Assembly (NCBI GenBank): GCA_022844165.1
Contig: JALHMH010000004.1
Coordinates: 151,509 to 215,508 of the forward strand
Origin: Lysobacterales bacterium
GTDB lineage: Bacteria > Pseudomonadota > Gammaproteobacteria > Xanthomonadales > SZUA-5
DNA length: 64,000 nt
Direction of reading: 5' to 3'
The notes beneath the pieces are model-generated. The model was given only the letters and a program-made list of their open reading frames with translations. It was not told where the DNA came from and made no database searches. A program made the position numbers and the translations under genes. Shown one piece after another: positions 29,055 to 38,496 of this stretch. How positions within the stretch are numbered: the first letter of the stretch is position 1; the number at the start of each line of letters is the position of its first letter.

Positions 29055-30188
29055 ATGCTCCAGCAAGCCAGCATTGACGCCGCCATCTCAATGTCCGCCG
29101 ATGCGCAATTGCGGCTCACCGGCGACTGGTCTGTGCGTGGTCTCAAGTCGATCGAGGCGCAGCTGGCTGCGCTGAATCCACCGTGCAGCAAGCCGCTGAC
29201 CTTGAATTGCGCGGAGGTCCTGGCAATGGATACGGCCGGGGCATGGCTGCTGCAAAGCTTGCTGCTGCGGCTGCAGGCCAACAGCGTGGGCACAAAGATC
29301 GACGGCTTAAAGCCTGCGTTTGCAAAGCGACTGGAAGTCGTCGCTGCGCAGTTGGCGGCTGCGGACAGCCAAAGAGCCCCAACAACCGCGGCAATGCGAC
29401 CACTCGAGCGCCTCGGGCGCAGCGCCTTTGCGGTATGGGAGGAAACCTATGCGCTGCTCAGCTTTGTCGGCGAGACGGCAAAAACGCTGCTGCAATCGGC
29501 CCTGCAGCCCGCGCGCATTCGTTGGCGCCCGATTCTGTTCAACATTCGTGAGGCCGGCTTCAACGCGCTGCCGATCGTCGGTCTTCTATCGTTCTTGCTG
29601 GGCGTTGTCGTCGCCTACCAGGGCGCTGATCAGCTACGCCAATACGGCGCGAATATCTTCGTCGCCGATTTGGTGGGTGTGTCGATGCTGCGCGAGTTTG
29701 CGCCGTTGATCACGGCGATCATCATCGCCGGACGCTCCGGATCTGCCTACGCAGCTCAAATCGGCACCATGGCGGTCACCGAAGAGATCGATGCGATGCG
29801 CACGCTCGGCATCGCGCCCATCGAAATGCTGGTGCTGCCCAAGCTCATCGCGATGCTCATCGCGCTGCCGTTGCTGACGGTGTTCGCCGATGTGCTGGGC
29901 ATACTGGGCGGCATGCTGATGGCGCGCGAACAGCTCGACGTCGGGTACGTCGAGTTTCTCGATCGGTTGATTAAGGCAATCGTGATGACGACGTACACCG
30001 TAGGCATCGGCAAAGCACCGGTCTTCGCGCTGATCATCGTGTTGGTGGGCTGTTTTCAGGGCTTTCGCACACGCGGCGGTGCCGACAGTGTCGGTCGTCA
30101 GACCACCCGTAGCGTCGTGCAGTCGATCTTTCTGGTCATCGTTGCCGATGCGCTGTTCTCGGTCGTGTTCAGCGCATTGGATATCTAG
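29055..30188 (+). CDS. mlaE: MlaE-family ABC permease with N-terminal STAS-like domain
   Basis: MDTAGAWLL; LREFAPLITAIIIAGRSGSAYAAQIGTM.VTEEIDAMRTLG; VGRQTTRSVV. Start approximate. Confidence 0.9.
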   Translation: MLQQASIDAAISMSADAQLRLTGDWSVRGLKSIEAQLAALNPPCSKPLTLNCAEVLAMDTAGAWLLQSLLLRLQANSVGTKIDGLKPAFAKRLEVVAAQLAAADSQRAPTTAAMRPLERLGRSAFAVWEETYALLSFVGETAKTLLQSALQPARIRWRPILFNIREAGFNALPIVGLLSFLLGVVVAYQGADQLRQYGANIFVADLVGVSMLREFAPLITAIIIAGRSGSAYAAQIGTMAVTEEIDAMRTLGIAPIEMLVLPKLIAMLIALPLLTVFADVLGILGGMLMAREQLDVGYVEFLDRLIKAIVMTTYTVGIGKAPVFALIIVLVGCFQGFRTRGGADSVGRQTTRSVVQSIFLVIVADALFSVVFSALDI

Positions 30189-30190
30189 GC

Positions 30191-31009
30191 ATGGACGCCG
30201 GCGACGAGACGGTCATTGAGCTCAGCAAAGTCTCGACGCGATTTGGCGATCATGTGGTGCACCGCGAGATCGACTTGAGCGTCCGCCGTGCGGAGATATT
30301 CGCGCTGATCGGCGGCAGTGGCTCAGGCAAATCCACGCTGCTGCGCGAAATGATTCTGCTGCACCGACCGACCTCGGGCAAGATCAAAGTCCTTGGGAAC
30401 GATCTGGATGCCCTGAGCGAAGCCGACGCCAGCGCGCTACGTCTACGCTGGGGCGTGATGTTCCAGCATGGCGGCCTTTTCGGCGCGCTGAATGTGCGTG
30501 AGAACGTTGGCCTGCCGTTGCGCGAGCACACCAAGCTGTCTGACGCGCTGATCGATTCGCTGGCCGAATGGAAGCTGACGATGGCCGGTCTTGGGCTGGA
30601 GGTGGGCACGCAATTTCCCAACGAGCTCAGCGGCGGAATGATGAAACGCGCATCGCTGGCGCGAGCACTGGTGCTGGATCCGGAACTGCTCTTTCTCGAT
30701 GAGCCGACAGCCGGGTTAGATCCCGTGAGCGCCACAGGCGTGGACGTCTTGGTGCTGAAGCTGCGCGAGCTGTTCGGCTTGACCATTGTGATGATCACCC
30801 ACGATCTGGATTTGCTGTGGCAAGTTGCCGATCGCGTTGCCGTGCTCGCCGATGGCCGCGTCGAAGCGGTCGGATCGATGGCAGACCTGGCCGCGATCGA
30901 CCGCCCTGAGGTTCGTCAGTTTTTCGAGGGTGCGCGTGGCCGCGCGGCGCAGCAATCCGCAGCGCCCTCCAATCGCAATCAAGCCGGGACATCATGGAAA
31001 CCAAAGTGA
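30191..31009 (+). CDS. mlaF: MlaF-family ABC ATP-binding protein
   Basis: GGSGSGKS, LSGGMMKRASLARAL, FLDEPTAGLDP, ITHD. Confidence 0.9.
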   Translation: MDAGDETVIELSKVSTRFGDHVVHREIDLSVRRAEIFALIGGSGSGKSTLLREMILLHRPTSGKIKVLGNDLDALSEADASALRLRWGVMFQHGGLFGALNVRENVGLPLREHTKLSDALIDSLAEWKLTMAGLGLEVGTQFPNELSGGMMKRASLARALVLDPELLFLDEPTAGLDPVSATGVDVLVLKLRELFGLTIVMITHDLDLLWQVADRVAVLADGRVEAVGSMADLAAIDRPEVRQFFEGARGRAAQQSAAPSNRNQAGTSWKPK

Positions 31010-31941
31010 ACTATGCCCTCGTTGGGGTTTTCGTCATCGTCCTCGGTGCGGCTTTGGTTGCGGGCATCTTGTGGATCGCTTCCGGGGGCGACTTCCAAAA
31101 GAGATACGACCTGTATCTATCGATCAGCGAGGAGTCCGTCGGCGGGCTGAATCTCAACGCGCCGGTGAAATACCTTGGGGTGGACGTCGGCAAGGTTCGC
31201 TCGATCGAGCTCGATCCGGTCGATCAGCAGCGCGTGCGGCTGGTGTTTGCGATCGAGCGCGGCACGCCAATCAAGGTGGATACCGTGGCGGTGCTCACCA
31301 CGCAAGGTTTGACCGGCATCGCCTATGTCGAGCTCAACGGCGGCAGCAAAGATGCCGAGCCGCTGCGCGCGCGAGTGGTGGGCGACATGCCGATCATCCT
31401 GACCAAGCCCTCATTGAGCGCGCGCCTGGAGAACGTGCTCACACAAGTTCTGGCAAAGCTGGATGGAACCTCGAGCAATGTCGATGCCGTGCTGAGCGAC
31501 GAAAATCGGCGCAACTTCAGTGCGGCATTGGCCGATATTGCCACCGTGGCGCACACGATCTCCGCTCGCCAGAGTGATATCGATCGCGGGATCGCGAGCG
31601 CTGCGACCACTTTGGAGAGCTCGGCAAAACTGATGGCTCGGTTGCAACCCGCATTGGACCAGATCAACCGCAGTGCTGCATCGATTGAGCGATTCGGCAC
31701 CGAGGCCACGGCCGCCTCCAGTCAAGCCGGGGAATCGATCGAATCGCTGGGCGCCGACCTGTCGCGGTTTGGCGCAGAAACGCTGCCAGAGATGACCCGC
31801 CTGCTCGATGAACTCAATATCCTGGCCGCGTCCATGCGGCGCGTTGCCGAGCAAACCGAGCGCAGCCCGAACAGTCTGATCTTCGGCCGCAGCAAGGTGC
31901 CGGCCGGGCCCGGCGAATCGCCAATGGAACGAAAGCAATGA
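30994..31941 (+). CDS. mlaD: MlaD/MCE-family substrate-binding protein
   Basis: METKVNYALVGVFV; GLNLNAPVKYLGVDVGKV; QGLTGIAYVEL; helical tail ending PNSLIFG. Confidence 0.9.
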   Translation: METKVNYALVGVFVIVLGAALVAGILWIASGGDFQKRYDLYLSISEESVGGLNLNAPVKYLGVDVGKVRSIELDPVDQQRVRLVFAIERGTPIKVDTVAVLTTQGLTGIAYVELNGGSKDAEPLRARVVGDMPIILTKPSLSARLENVLTQVLAKLDGTSSNVDAVLSDENRRNFSAALADIATVAHTISARQSDIDRGIASAATTLESSAKLMARLQPALDQINRSAASIERFGTEATAASSQAGESIESLGADLSRFGAETLPEMTRLLDELNILAASMRRVAEQTERSPNSLIFGRSKVPAGPGESPMERKQ

Positions 31942-32597
31942 ACGCTCTGTCGACTTCGAACGTGTTGCGGATCGGCGGCCTCGCAACTGCCCTTTTTTGG
32001 CTCGTCGGCTGCAGTGGACTGATCCCCAGGCCCACTCCGCAGGCGGCCTTCTACACCATCGATGTGGCGCCAGCGTCCGGCGCGCTGGCGCCGTCGATCA
32101 ACGCCAAAGACATGCCCACGGTGCTCATCAGCGCGCCGCGCGCTGCTGCCGGGTATGACAGCCGGCAAATGATCTATGTGCGCCAGGACTATCGCCTGCA
32201 ATACTTCGCAGACAGCCAGTGGGTAGACACGCCAGCGCGCATGTTTGCACCCCTGATGGTGACCCACCTTGCCGCTGCCGGCGCATTTCAGGCGGTCTAC
32301 ACCGGCGCCAGCGCGGCGGCAGATCTGCGCCTGGATACCGAGATCGTTGTGCTCAAGCAGGACTTCCTCACGACGCCGAGCCGGGTTCGTTTCGTGTTGC
32401 GCGCTCACTTGATCGACGGGGTAAGCCGACGCGTGATCGCCGCACGCGATATTGAGGCCACCGTGGCGAGCGCCAGCGAAGACCCCTATGGTGGCGTGGT
32501 TGCTGCCAACGGCGCTGTTGGCAAGGTGCTGAGTCAGTTGAGCGAGTTCTGTGCTGAGGGCATTGAGGCGTGGCAAAAGCGCTCATCGACGCCCTGA
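31938..32597 (+). CDS. ABC-type transport auxiliary lipoprotein (PqiC-like)
   Basis: Lipobox LVGC; GYDSRQMIY, YFADSQWVDTPARM; last gene of the MCE operon. Confidence 0.88.
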   Translation: MNALSTSNVLRIGGLATALFWLVGCSGLIPRPTPQAAFYTIDVAPASGALAPSINAKDMPTVLISAPRAAAGYDSRQMIYVRQDYRLQYFADSQWVDTPARMFAPLMVTHLAAAGAFQAVYTGASAAADLRLDTEIVVLKQDFLTTPSRVRFVLRAHLIDGVSRRVIAARDIEATVASASEDPYGGVVAANGAVGKVLSQLSEFCAEGIEAWQKRSSTP

Positions 32598-32644
32598 TGG
32601 TGTGAATGCCTGTGACCCTGAGGCCGTTGCGCGGGCGGTCCACT

Positions 32645-32814
32645 AGAGTCCTTGACGGAGACTGATCTCGACAAATGAGTCAAATTTTCTACGAAGCGGC
32701 TTTGGCTTTTGAAGCCCCCTTGAGTCAAGGGGGCGCGCGGAGCGCGCGGTTGTGGCAAGTACGCTGCCGAACGAAGCCAACAATGCTCGGCGGTCTGAGG
32801 CGAAGCCTCGTTAG
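32645..32814. repeat. Dispersed structured repeat, copy 2 (direct orientation to copy 1)
   Basis: 39-bp core at 32772-32810 identical to 28800-28838; hairpin GCCCCCTTGAGTCAAGGGGGC. Confidence 0.8.
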
Positions 32815-32950
32815 TGGTGTGTCACAAATACCTCTAACTAAAGTTCCGCACCTTTTGACCCGAATACGTCGTTGTTCGTCGTCGCCATGGCGCTGCTATG
32901 ACGCCCGGCCCGGCGACGCAGCCGCCGGTCGTTCAAGCCAACTCGCGGCG

Positions 32951-33253
32951 TGCCGCCGGCTGGGTGAAGGACAAGGCGACAAAAGAGAAACTCATCGTCG
33001 CCGTTGGCAATGTCGAAGGCGTCGATCAAGTAGAAGATCGACTTGTCGTTGGTGCGCCGCCCAAGTTCGATACGCCCGCCCCAGCAGCCACGCCGAGTCC
33101 GGCGGCCACCCCGATCATCGCCGAGGCCCCGATCCCGGTGGAAGCTTTGCCCACCAGGGAAGACGCGGAGAAGGACGCATTCGAGAGCCGTACGCATGTG
33201 GTTGAAAAAGGGGACACGCTGTCGAAGATCGCGAAAGAGGTCTATGGCAATGC
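32951..33253 (+). pseudogene. 303-bp internal duplicate of the BON-LysM gene (23074-23376)
   Basis: Aligned by eye: 5 substitutions, all synonymous; native start and end absent. Confidence 0.93.
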
Positions 33254-33413
33254 TCGTCGGCGGCCCGTTACAAGCGCCGGGACCGGGTGGCGTGTATGTG
33301 GCGGAGATCGACACGGCGCGTCACGACAAGCAGGGTAGCTGAGCACGCGGCGCTTTCCATGCCGCCAAAGCGATGGCATAACGTGCTTCCGTCCTGCTGG
33401 TCTGGAGCCCACG

Positions 33414-33845
33414 ATGGATACGCTCTCGGAAACGGTACGCCGGTGGTTCGAACGCGGCTGGAATCAGCGCGACAGGGCTTGTCTGCTCGACATTTTGCAT
33501 CCCGAGGTATCCGGCCAGGTCGAAGGCTCATTCCTCAGAGGCCCGGATGATTTTCTGGTTCGGATGTTCGAACCCTTCATCGCTGCCTTTCCGGATCTGC
33601 AAATCGAGGTTCGCGGCATCGTCCGCGAGGGCAACGAGGTCATGATTCGCTGGACGGCTCGCGGCACGCAGCTTGGCCCATTCGGGCCGATGCCAGCGAG
33701 CGGGTTGCGAGTCGAGTTCCGCGGCATGACATGGCAGCGGTACCAGGACGGGCGAATGATCGAAGGCGAAGACAGTTGGGATATGCAAGCCCTGGTGCAG
33801 GCGCTGCAATCGGGCGTGAGCGTCGGCTCGACCAGCGTGCTGTGA
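33414..33845 (+). CDS. SnoaL-like ester cyclase (NTF2 fold)
   Basis: VRRWFERGWNQ, FIAAFPDLQIEV, RWTARGTQLGPFGPMPASG, DGRMIE.EDSWD; GGAG RBS. Confidence 0.88.
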   Translation: MDTLSETVRRWFERGWNQRDRACLLDILHPEVSGQVEGSFLRGPDDFLVRMFEPFIAAFPDLQIEVRGIVREGNEVMIRWTARGTQLGPFGPMPASGLRVEFRGMTWQRYQDGRMIEGEDSWDMQALVQALQSGVSVGSTSVL

Positions 33846-33861
33846 TCGCCGGCCTGGCTCT

Positions 33862-34329
33862 ATGACGCGCCCCGCGCCCAGCCCACGACGCCAACGAGAA
33901 AACGAGCAACGCCGCTTGCTGGCGCGGGCATTCCTCACCGCAGCCCTGATCTCCCTGCCGATCGCGTTCGTGCTGATGTTCGTTTTCGACTCAGGTTCGC
34001 CGCAAGGGCGTGGGCCGGAAACCGGTGCGGCGGATTTGTTGAGGCCGCTGCTGGCAATTGGATTCATGCTGATCAGCGCGACGTTTGCGGCTGTGATTGG
34101 CGCGTTGACCGCTGCCATTGTCTGGTTGGCGTTGAAGTTTGAACGCGCCTGGCTGGGATTTGTGCTGACGCTGCTCGTCGCCGCTGGTCTGGCGCTGATC
34201 GGTGAGGACCACAGCTGGTCGCGCTGGCTGCAAATCGTCTTCTTGTGGTGGATGCCGGCGACCATTTCCGTCTGGTTTTACGGATCGCCCAAGCCCAGGC
34301 TTGATCGCGGCTGGTCCAACTGCCAGTGA
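33862..34329 (+). CDS. Hypothetical membrane protein (~4 TM)
   Basis: Four hydrophobic segments; follows the cyclase by 16 nt. Confidence 0.65.
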   Translation: MTRPAPSPRRQRENEQRRLLARAFLTAALISLPIAFVLMFVFDSGSPQGRGPETGAADLLRPLLAIGFMLISATFAAVIGALTAAIVWLALKFERAWLGFVLTLLVAAGLALIGEDHSWSRWLQIVFLWWMPATISVWFYGSPKPRLDRGWSNCQ

Positions 34330-34600
34330 GCATTCATTGTGCCTGGCTTAGTTTTCGATCGGAGATGCCAGCGACAGGTTTCTCGATGGTCTGGCAGAAG
34401 ACATCAAGGCCGCTGCTTACGCCTTACCGTTCCTGTTCCTCGCCTTCCCATTGGCGCCGCCGTGGCGACGGACCTGGCGCTGGGCGACCAGAGCGCGAGA
34501 CAAAGCCGAAAGCCGATCGCCGCAATAATCTGGTCCGGCATCGGTGGCGCGTCCGCTGCTTCCGGCGCGGATCGCAAACTGGAGGCACGCGCCCTCCGTT

Positions 34601-34627
34601 CGGATGCGGACGTCCCGTCCGCTTCCG
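34601..34627. repeat. REP-like palindrome
   Basis: CGGATGCGGACG-TCC-CGTCCGCTTCCG imperfect stem in an intergenic position. Confidence 0.4.
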
Positions 34628-34743
34628 GACGCCGCCCGGGCAGTTGGCCCTGACATTTCGTGGCTCCGTGTGATTCCGTGCAGCTGGCATAGTTTCTGCT
34701 GGTTGCGGACATCGCCCGCACGGGCAAAAAGAGGGCGGACCCC

Positions 34744-37137
34744 ATGGAACATTGGCTGCGCGACCTTCAGCAGGCGGCATCCACCCTGCTCCGGCGGCGC
34801 GGGTTCGCCGCGCTCACCGTCCTGGTGATGGCGCTGGGCCTGGGTGCGAGCACCGCGATGTTCAGCGTGGTCCACGGCGTGCTGTTCCGGCCACTGCCGC
34901 TGCCCGCGCCGGAGCGGCTGATCGACGTCGGCTGGACCTGGCAGGAGTGGCGCGTCGGCATGGATGATGCGCAGTTCCGGGCGTTCGCCGAGGGTGCCAG
35001 CGAATTCTCCGGCATCGCAGCGCGCACGCGGGCGACCTACACTTTGTCGGCCGCCTCCGGCAGCGAGCGCCTGGCCGCACTACATGTGTCCGCAGGTTAC
35101 TTCGATGTTCTCGGTGCCGGCCCGGTCGTGGGCCGCGGCATCGGCACCGCCGAGGATCGCGCCGGCGCAGAGCGAGTGGTTGTGGTCAGCCGGTCGCTGG
35201 CTCATCGGCTGTTCGGCGGCAGCGATGATCTGGCGGGTCGCACCATTTCGCTCGACGGCCAGCTGCACTCGCTGATCGGCATACTCCCGGCCGGATTCGC
35301 TGACAGTTCCGGTGTCGATCTATACCTGCCGCTTGCGCCGGTGGCGCCCAGCATCGGCCAGGGAACCAATTATCAGGTGCTCGCGCGACTGGCGCAGGAC
35401 AGCACGTTGCCGGAGGCGCAGCAGGCCTTCGAAGCGCTGGCCGCCCGCCTGTGGCCGGAACGCGCGGCGTCGCGGTTGAGCATCGAACTGATGCCCTACG
35501 GGGCGGTGATGGTGCGCGAGGCGCGCGCGCCGCTGACCCTGCTGTCCTTCGCCATCGCTCTGGTGCTGGCGGTCGCCTGCGCCAATGTCGCCAACCTGCT
35601 GACCGTACGCGCCGCAGACCGGCGGCGTGAGATCGCGCTTCGCAGCGTGCTGGGCGCCTCCAGCGCTCGCGTGCAGCGGCTGCTGCTCGCCGAAGGGTTG
35701 GCGATTGCCGGGGTAGGTTGCCTGGTAGGCCTGGGCATCGCCCACCTGATGGTCGAGGCGCTGCTCAGGCTGCGCCCCGAGGGTTTGCCACGCGCCGAAG
35801 CTGTCGCCGTCGACTTGCGCGCCTACGGCTTCTCGGTGCTGCTGGCGCTCGCCCTCGGCGCGCTCACGTCCTTGCCCGCAATGTTGCAGTCTCGTCGCGC
35901 CAACGTCGGCGCGCAGCTCAAGTCAGGCGCGACGGGTGCGGCCGCCGGCGGTGGCGAGCGTCTGCGCGGCGCACTGGTCGTGGGCCAGGTGGCGTTGGCC
36001 ATGGTGGTCTCGGTGGGCGCCGGGCTTCTGGCCAGCACCTTCGATCATCTGATCGACGTCGACCCGGGATTCGATCCTGCCGGCAAGGTTGCGGCGCAAT
36101 TTTGGACCAGCGGCACCCGGCATCGCAGCAGTGCGGAGATCGCCGCAGTCGCCGATGCGCTGCGCGCACGCACCCAGGCGCTGCCGGGTGCGCGATCGGC
36201 CGCGGTAGTCGCGGCCGGACTGCCTCTGGAACGTGGCGGCAATTTTGGCGTGAGTGCGAGCGGGCCCGACCCCGACAGCTTCGTGTCGACGGACTTTCGC
36301 GCGATCAGCCCGGGCTTCTTCGCCACCCTCGGCGCACCGCTGCTGCGTGGTCGCGAGTTCGACGATCGCGACGGCGCCACTTCCGGCCGCGTCGTCATCG
36401 TCAACCAAGCCTTCGTCCGCGCACATCTGGCCAACCATGATCCGCTCGGCCACATCCTGCATGCCGCCGACGATCGCTGGGAGATCATCGCAGTCGCCGG
36501 CGACCTGCGCTCGTCGCCATCGGAAGATGTCCCCCCGACGGTGTATCTGCCGATCGCGCAGACGCCGGTCGACACACTGCAGATCTTCGAGGGCTGGTTC
36601 CCGATGAACCTCGTGGTGGCTGGCAGTGGACCGGAAGGCGCGTTGACCGAGGGTATTACACAGGTGTTCCGCGACGTCGATGCCGAACTGCCGCTCGGGC
36701 GCACGCTGCCGATGGCTGTGGTGCATGCTCAGTCGGTCGCCGAGCAGCGCTTCCGCATGCAGCTGATGCTGGCCTTTGCGGGGTTCGCACTGTTGCTGGC
36801 GGCGATCGGTATCTACGGCGTTCTCAGCCACATAGTTGGACGTCGCGTTCGCGAGATCGGCATCGAGCTGGCGCTGGGCGCGCACCCCGGACGCCTCGTC
36901 GCTAGGCTGCTGGCGAAGGGACTACGGCCGGTGCTGATCGGTCTGGCGCTCGGCCTCGGCGCGGCGCTATATCTGTCGCGCTTCCTTGAAGGCTTCCTGT
37001 TCGGAGTGGCGCCGCTGAGTGCACCGGTATATCTGGGCGTGGCAGTCGTCCTTGCGGCGTCTGCCGGCCTCGCGGCGCTGCTGCCCGCGCTGCGCGCGGC
37101 ACGGGTCGCACCGATGGTGGCGCTGCGCCAGGAGTAG
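34744..37137 (+). CDS. Duplicated MacB/FtsX-type ABC permease (ADOP-like orphan permease)
   Basis: LALGIGA-like MALGLGASTAMFSVVHGVLFRPLP; ACANVANLL...REIALR.VLGAS; LVVGQVAL; second FtsX domain REIGIELALGA; ends ARVAPMVALRQE. Confidence 0.92.
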   Translation: MEHWLRDLQQAASTLLRRRGFAALTVLVMALGLGASTAMFSVVHGVLFRPLPLPAPERLIDVGWTWQEWRVGMDDAQFRAFAEGASEFSGIAARTRATYTLSAASGSERLAALHVSAGYFDVLGAGPVVGRGIGTAEDRAGAERVVVVSRSLAHRLFGGSDDLAGRTISLDGQLHSLIGILPAGFADSSGVDLYLPLAPVAPSIGQGTNYQVLARLAQDSTLPEAQQAFEALAARLWPERAASRLSIELMPYGAVMVREARAPLTLLSFAIALVLAVACANVANLLTVRAADRRREIALRSVLGASSARVQRLLLAEGLAIAGVGCLVGLGIAHLMVEALLRLRPEGLPRAEAVAVDLRAYGFSVLLALALGALTSLPAMLQSRRANVGAQLKSGATGAAAGGGERLRGALVVGQVALAMVVSVGAGLLASTFDHLIDVDPGFDPAGKVAAQFWTSGTRHRSSAEIAAVADALRARTQALPGARSAAVVAAGLPLERGGNFGVSASGPDPDSFVSTDFRAISPGFFATLGAPLLRGREFDDRDGATSGRVVIVNQAFVRAHLANHDPLGHILHAADDRWEIIAVAGDLRSSPSEDVPPTVYLPIAQTPVDTLQIFEGWFPMNLVVAGSGPEGALTEGITQVFRDVDAELPLGRTLPMAVVHAQSVAEQRFRMQLMLAFAGFALLLAAIGIYGVLSHIVGRRVREIGIELALGAHPGRLVARLLAKGLRPVLIGLALGLGAALYLSRFLEGFLFGVAPLSAPVYLGVAVVLAASAGLAALLPALRAARVAPMVALRQE

Positions 37138-37250
37138 CGCCACCGCGCGGCTCACCCAGTCTGCCTATGCCGAGCGCAGCCTGCTGCGCTGCGCGAAGCG
37201 CCCCGCCGATCAAGCCGGTGCTTCGGGCGTCGGCGCCCACTCTTGTTGCA

Positions 37251-37397
37251 CTGCCGGCAACAGGCTTCTGGGCGTTGCGCGTCGAGAACCAGAATGTCCG
37301 CCCGGGCGTGATCGGGTTCTACGGCGGCGCCTATTCGCATCGTGCCACGCGCGCGTGTTACAAAGGTCAGTTCGGCGCCTCGCCGCTGTGTGACTGA
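37251..37397 (+). pseudogene. Orphan C-terminal fragment of a probable secreted/surface protein
   Basis: LPATGFWALRVENQNVRPGVIGFYGGAYSHRATRAC...CD* looks coding but has no plausible 5' part; family assignment from memory only. Confidence 0.4.
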
Positions 37398-37585
37398 GTC
37401 TGGTGTTGCAAGAAGTCCATCGACCACACCTCGCAGATTGCCCCAGCTCCACGAGCGCCGCTGGCGTCTCGCGAGCCAAGCGCAATCGCGGCTTGATTCG
37501 CGGCGCTTGGCCTGGTGACGATAGCCAGACTGACTGACACCCGTGAACGGCTGATGGGCGCCTTTTTTGGCGTCAGCAGCGACCT

Positions 37586-38070
37586 TGCCCACGGTGCTCA
37601 TCAGCGCGCGGCGCGCTGCTGCCGGGTATGACAGCCGGCAAATGACCTATGTGCGCCAGGACTATCGCCTCCAATACTTCGCAGACAGCCAGTGGGTAGA
37701 CACGCCAGCGCGCATGTTTGCACCCCTGATGGTGACCCACCTTGCCGCTGCCGGCGCATTTCAGGCGGTCTACACCGGCGCCAGCGCGGCGGCAGATCTG
37801 CGCCTGGATACCGAGATCGTTGTGCTCAAGCAGGACTTCCTCACGACGCCGAGCCGGGTTCGTTTCGTGTTGCGCGCTCACTTGATCGACGGGGTAAGCC
37901 GACGCGTGATCGCCGCACGCGATATTGAGGCCACCGTGGCGAGCGCCAGCGAAGACCCCTATGGTGGCGTGGTCGCTGCCAACGGCGCTGTTGGCAAGGT
38001 GCTGAGTCAGTTGAGCGAGTTCTGTGCTGAGGGCATTGAGGCGTGGCAAAAGCGCTCATCGACGCCCTGA
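37586..38070 (+). pseudogene. 5'-truncated duplicate of the PqiC-like gene (copy of 32113-32597)
   Basis: 485-bp direct repeat, offset 5473; ~4 substitutions (P>R, I>T, 2 silent); signal peptide and lipobox absent. Confidence 0.93.
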
Positions 38071-38235
38071 TGCTATAAACGGTCTGTGACCCTGAGGCAA
38101 TTGCGCGGGAGATCCATTGGCGCAACCACTGCTAACGCTAAATGCACCGACACGCTAACGCAATCAACGCCAAGCCGACGGGTCGCTCTTCGCGACCCGT
38201 CGGCGAGTTTGCCGCCAAGGTCGCGCCGGCAGTGC

Positions 38236-38496
38236 TCAAACGTATTCGACAACCAAATCGTTCTGTACGTTCCAAACACCAACTGCGCTCCAGGCGGTGC
38301 GTTCGGCCTCGGTTTTCTGGTACCAGGAGTCTACCGTCCCGGTCAGCGTGGCCGTATGGCCCGTGACGCTCACTCGAATATCGTCGTCGTCAAGAGACCA
38401 ATTGCGCTTCAGGGCGCTTTCGATATCCGACTTCTCGATGGCGGCTTCGGTTTCCGATTTGATCTTGATGTTGTTCGTGACGCCCATCACACCAGC
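38236..38496 (-). pseudogene. C-terminal fragment of a multi-BON (OsmY-like) protein
   Basis: AGVMGVTNNIKI...DIESALKRN...IRVSVTGHTATLTGTVDSWYQKTEAERTAWSAVGVWNVQNDL; begins mid-domain. Confidence 0.8.

Noticed and set aside
32898-33338. 146-aa ORF as a second functional LysM protein
   Set aside because: Chimeric: lacks the native N-terminus, and the LysM domain is cut after YGNA.
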